The notes under the pieces are model-generated. The model saw only the letters and a list, made by a program, of their open reading frames with translations. It was not told where the DNA came from and searched no databases. A stretch of DNA of 32,000 nt from an uncultured Oscillibacter sp. (GTDB lineage: Bacteria > Bacillota > Clostridia > Oscillospirales > Oscillospiraceae), in contig CAJTSM010000002.1 of assembly GCA_910578935.1 (NCBI GenBank), positions 107,151 through 139,150 of the forward strand, written 5' to 3'. A program made the translations under genes and the position numbers. Position 1 is the first letter of the stretch; every line of letters begins with the position of its first letter. Shown one piece after another: positions 31,142-32,000 of the stretch.

Positions 31142-31190
31142 AAGAATCCCCGGCCGCTGACACGGCCGGGGATTCTTCTTTTCACTTTTT
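31142..31190. terminator. hairpin terminator (copy 2 of a 37-bp repeat) downstream of aroQ, with a T-tract on the plus strand
   Basis: GAATCCCCGGCC-GCTGACAC-GGCCGGGGATTC followed by TTCTTTTCACTTTTT. Confidence 0.55.
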
Positions 31191-31627
31191 CACTGATCCG
31201 CCAGGAGTTTTAAGCCCTCCAGATAGCCCTGGAGGCCATGGCCCCGGATGGTGGCGACGCACGCCTGGCGGATGTAGGACACACGGCGGAACTCCTCCCG
31301 GGTGTCCGGGTCGGAGACGTGAATCTCCACGGTGGGAATGCCCGCCGCCTTCACCGCGTCCAGCAGGGCCACGCTGGTATGGGTGTAGGCGGCCGGGTTG
31401 ATAAGAATCCCGTCCACCTTGTCGAAATACGCCTGCTGGACCGCGTCCACCAGGGCTCCTTCGTGGTTGGACTGGAAAAAGGAGACGGATACCCCCAGTT
31501 TTTCCGCCTCAGCGGAGATCATCTCTTTCAGATCCTCATAGGTGGCCCTGCCGTAAATCTCCGGCTGGCGGATGCCCAGCATATTCATATTCGGGCCGTT
31601 GATGACCAGGATATTTTTTTTACCCAC
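31190..31627 (-). CDS. aroQ: type II 3-dehydroquinate dehydratase
   Basis: ILVINGPNMNMLGIRQPEIYG and FQSNHEG motifs. GTG start at 31627, preceded by GGAGGG. The start overlaps the aroK stop by 8 nt. Confidence 0.93.
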   Translation of the reverse strand: MGKKNILVINGPNMNMLGIRQPEIYGRATYEDLKEMISAEAEKLGVSVSFFQSNHEGALVDAVQQAYFDKVDGILINPAAYTHTSVALLDAVKAAGIPTVEIHVSDPDTREEFRRVSYIRQACVATIRGHGLQGYLEGLKLLADQ

Positions 31628-32000
31628 AAAAATCCCTCCAAATCTCTTGGGCAGTCTCCTCCGGGCGGGTGTCGTTGAGGACGGAAACATCCGCCGCCGC
31701 GCCGTACAGCGGCCCGCGGACCCGCGCCATCTCCTCCAGCGTTCCCGCCCGGGAGAGGGGGCGGCCTTCCGTGGGCAGGTCCTCCAGCCTTCGCCGGAGC
31801 TGATACACCCGGCCTGTTCGGCGCATGGCGGCCCGGTTCTCCGGCCGAAGGACGGCCCCGCCGCCGGTGGCGATGATTTGGCCGCTCTTGGCGCAGGCCT
31901 CCGTCAGAACCGCGTGCTCCAGCTTGCGGAAGGCGTCCTCGCCCTCCTGGGCAAAGATGTCCGGGATGGGCTTTCCGGCCTTGCGGATAATTTCCTCATC
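31620..32000 (-). CDS. aroK: shikimate kinase, N-terminus outside window
   Basis: The frame stays open to the window edge. Translation reads ...DEEIIRKAGKPIPDIFAQEGEDAFRKLEHAVL...IIATGGGAVLRPENR..., typical shikimate kinase core motifs. Confidence 0.85.
   Translation of the reverse strand, partial: DEEIIRKAGKPIPDIFAQEGEDAFRKLEHAVLTEACAKSGQIIATGGGAVLRPENRAAMRRTGRVYQLRRRLEDLPTEGRPLSRAGTLEEMARVRGPLYGAAADVSVLNDTRPEETAQEIWRDFCG

Noticed and set aside
1-32000. Window-wide scan for a defence island or novel multi-gene system (Cas, restriction-modification, toxin-antitoxin pairs, Abi, retron RT, phage or transposon genes).
   Set aside because: Every credible ORF over about 150 aa has an ordinary metabolic, envelope or transport assignment. 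The uncharacterised ones (DUF4349, DUF4330, lipoprotein, SprA-related, Cys-rich protein) are dispersed rather than forming one operon, so I do not claim such a system.

Overview
This is a high-G+C chromosomal segment (roughly two-thirds G+C by eye). Its gene content is Firmicutes/Clostridia-type, with strong AGGAGG-like ribosome-binding sites. It most likely comes from an Oscillospiraceae-like anaerobe, but that is inference only. The coding content is mostly housekeeping. In order: a partial ZIP metal transporter, pyruvate kinase, an XRE regulator with a membrane partner, a TepA-like ClpP-family protein, a small membrane protein, the proB-proA-proC operon, serC-serA, a CLC transporter with a DUF421 protein, a HAD/MBL/DUF4349 cluster, a NUDIX hydrolase, a SprA-related HExxH protein, tRNA-Leu(UAG), an AT-rich single-gene methyltransferase islet, pyridoxal/pyridoxamine kinase, a LysM-tagged 5'-nucleotidase, dihydropyrimidinase, a lipoprotein, DUF4330, a GT4-CsaB fusion, a small conserved-looking ORF, an FMN-dependent 2-hydroxyacid dehydrogenase with an N-terminal Cys cluster, a MATE exporter, a cysteine-rich small protein, aroQ and partial aroK. 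I found no CRISPR array, integrase, transposase, restriction-modification genes or recognisable defence or toxin cassette, so I cannot support a claim of a novel multi-gene system. The unexplained signal is mainly non-coding. (1) Two face-to-face near-consensus promoters sit in a 460-bp gene-free gap bounded by strong terminators, a candidate sense/antisense sRNA pair. (2) A family of GC-rich palindromic extragenic elements (GTAGGGGCGGCC...GGCCGCCCCTAC) occurs at seven or more loci and shows one compensatory change. (3) A cysteine-rich ORF has a perfect 18-bp palindrome over its promoter. (4) A 37-bp direct repeat flanks a 160-nt hairpin-rich segment. (5) A CLC-F-like transporter has a long leader but no fluoride riboswitch. 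All family assignments come from motif recognition by eye; no database search was run.
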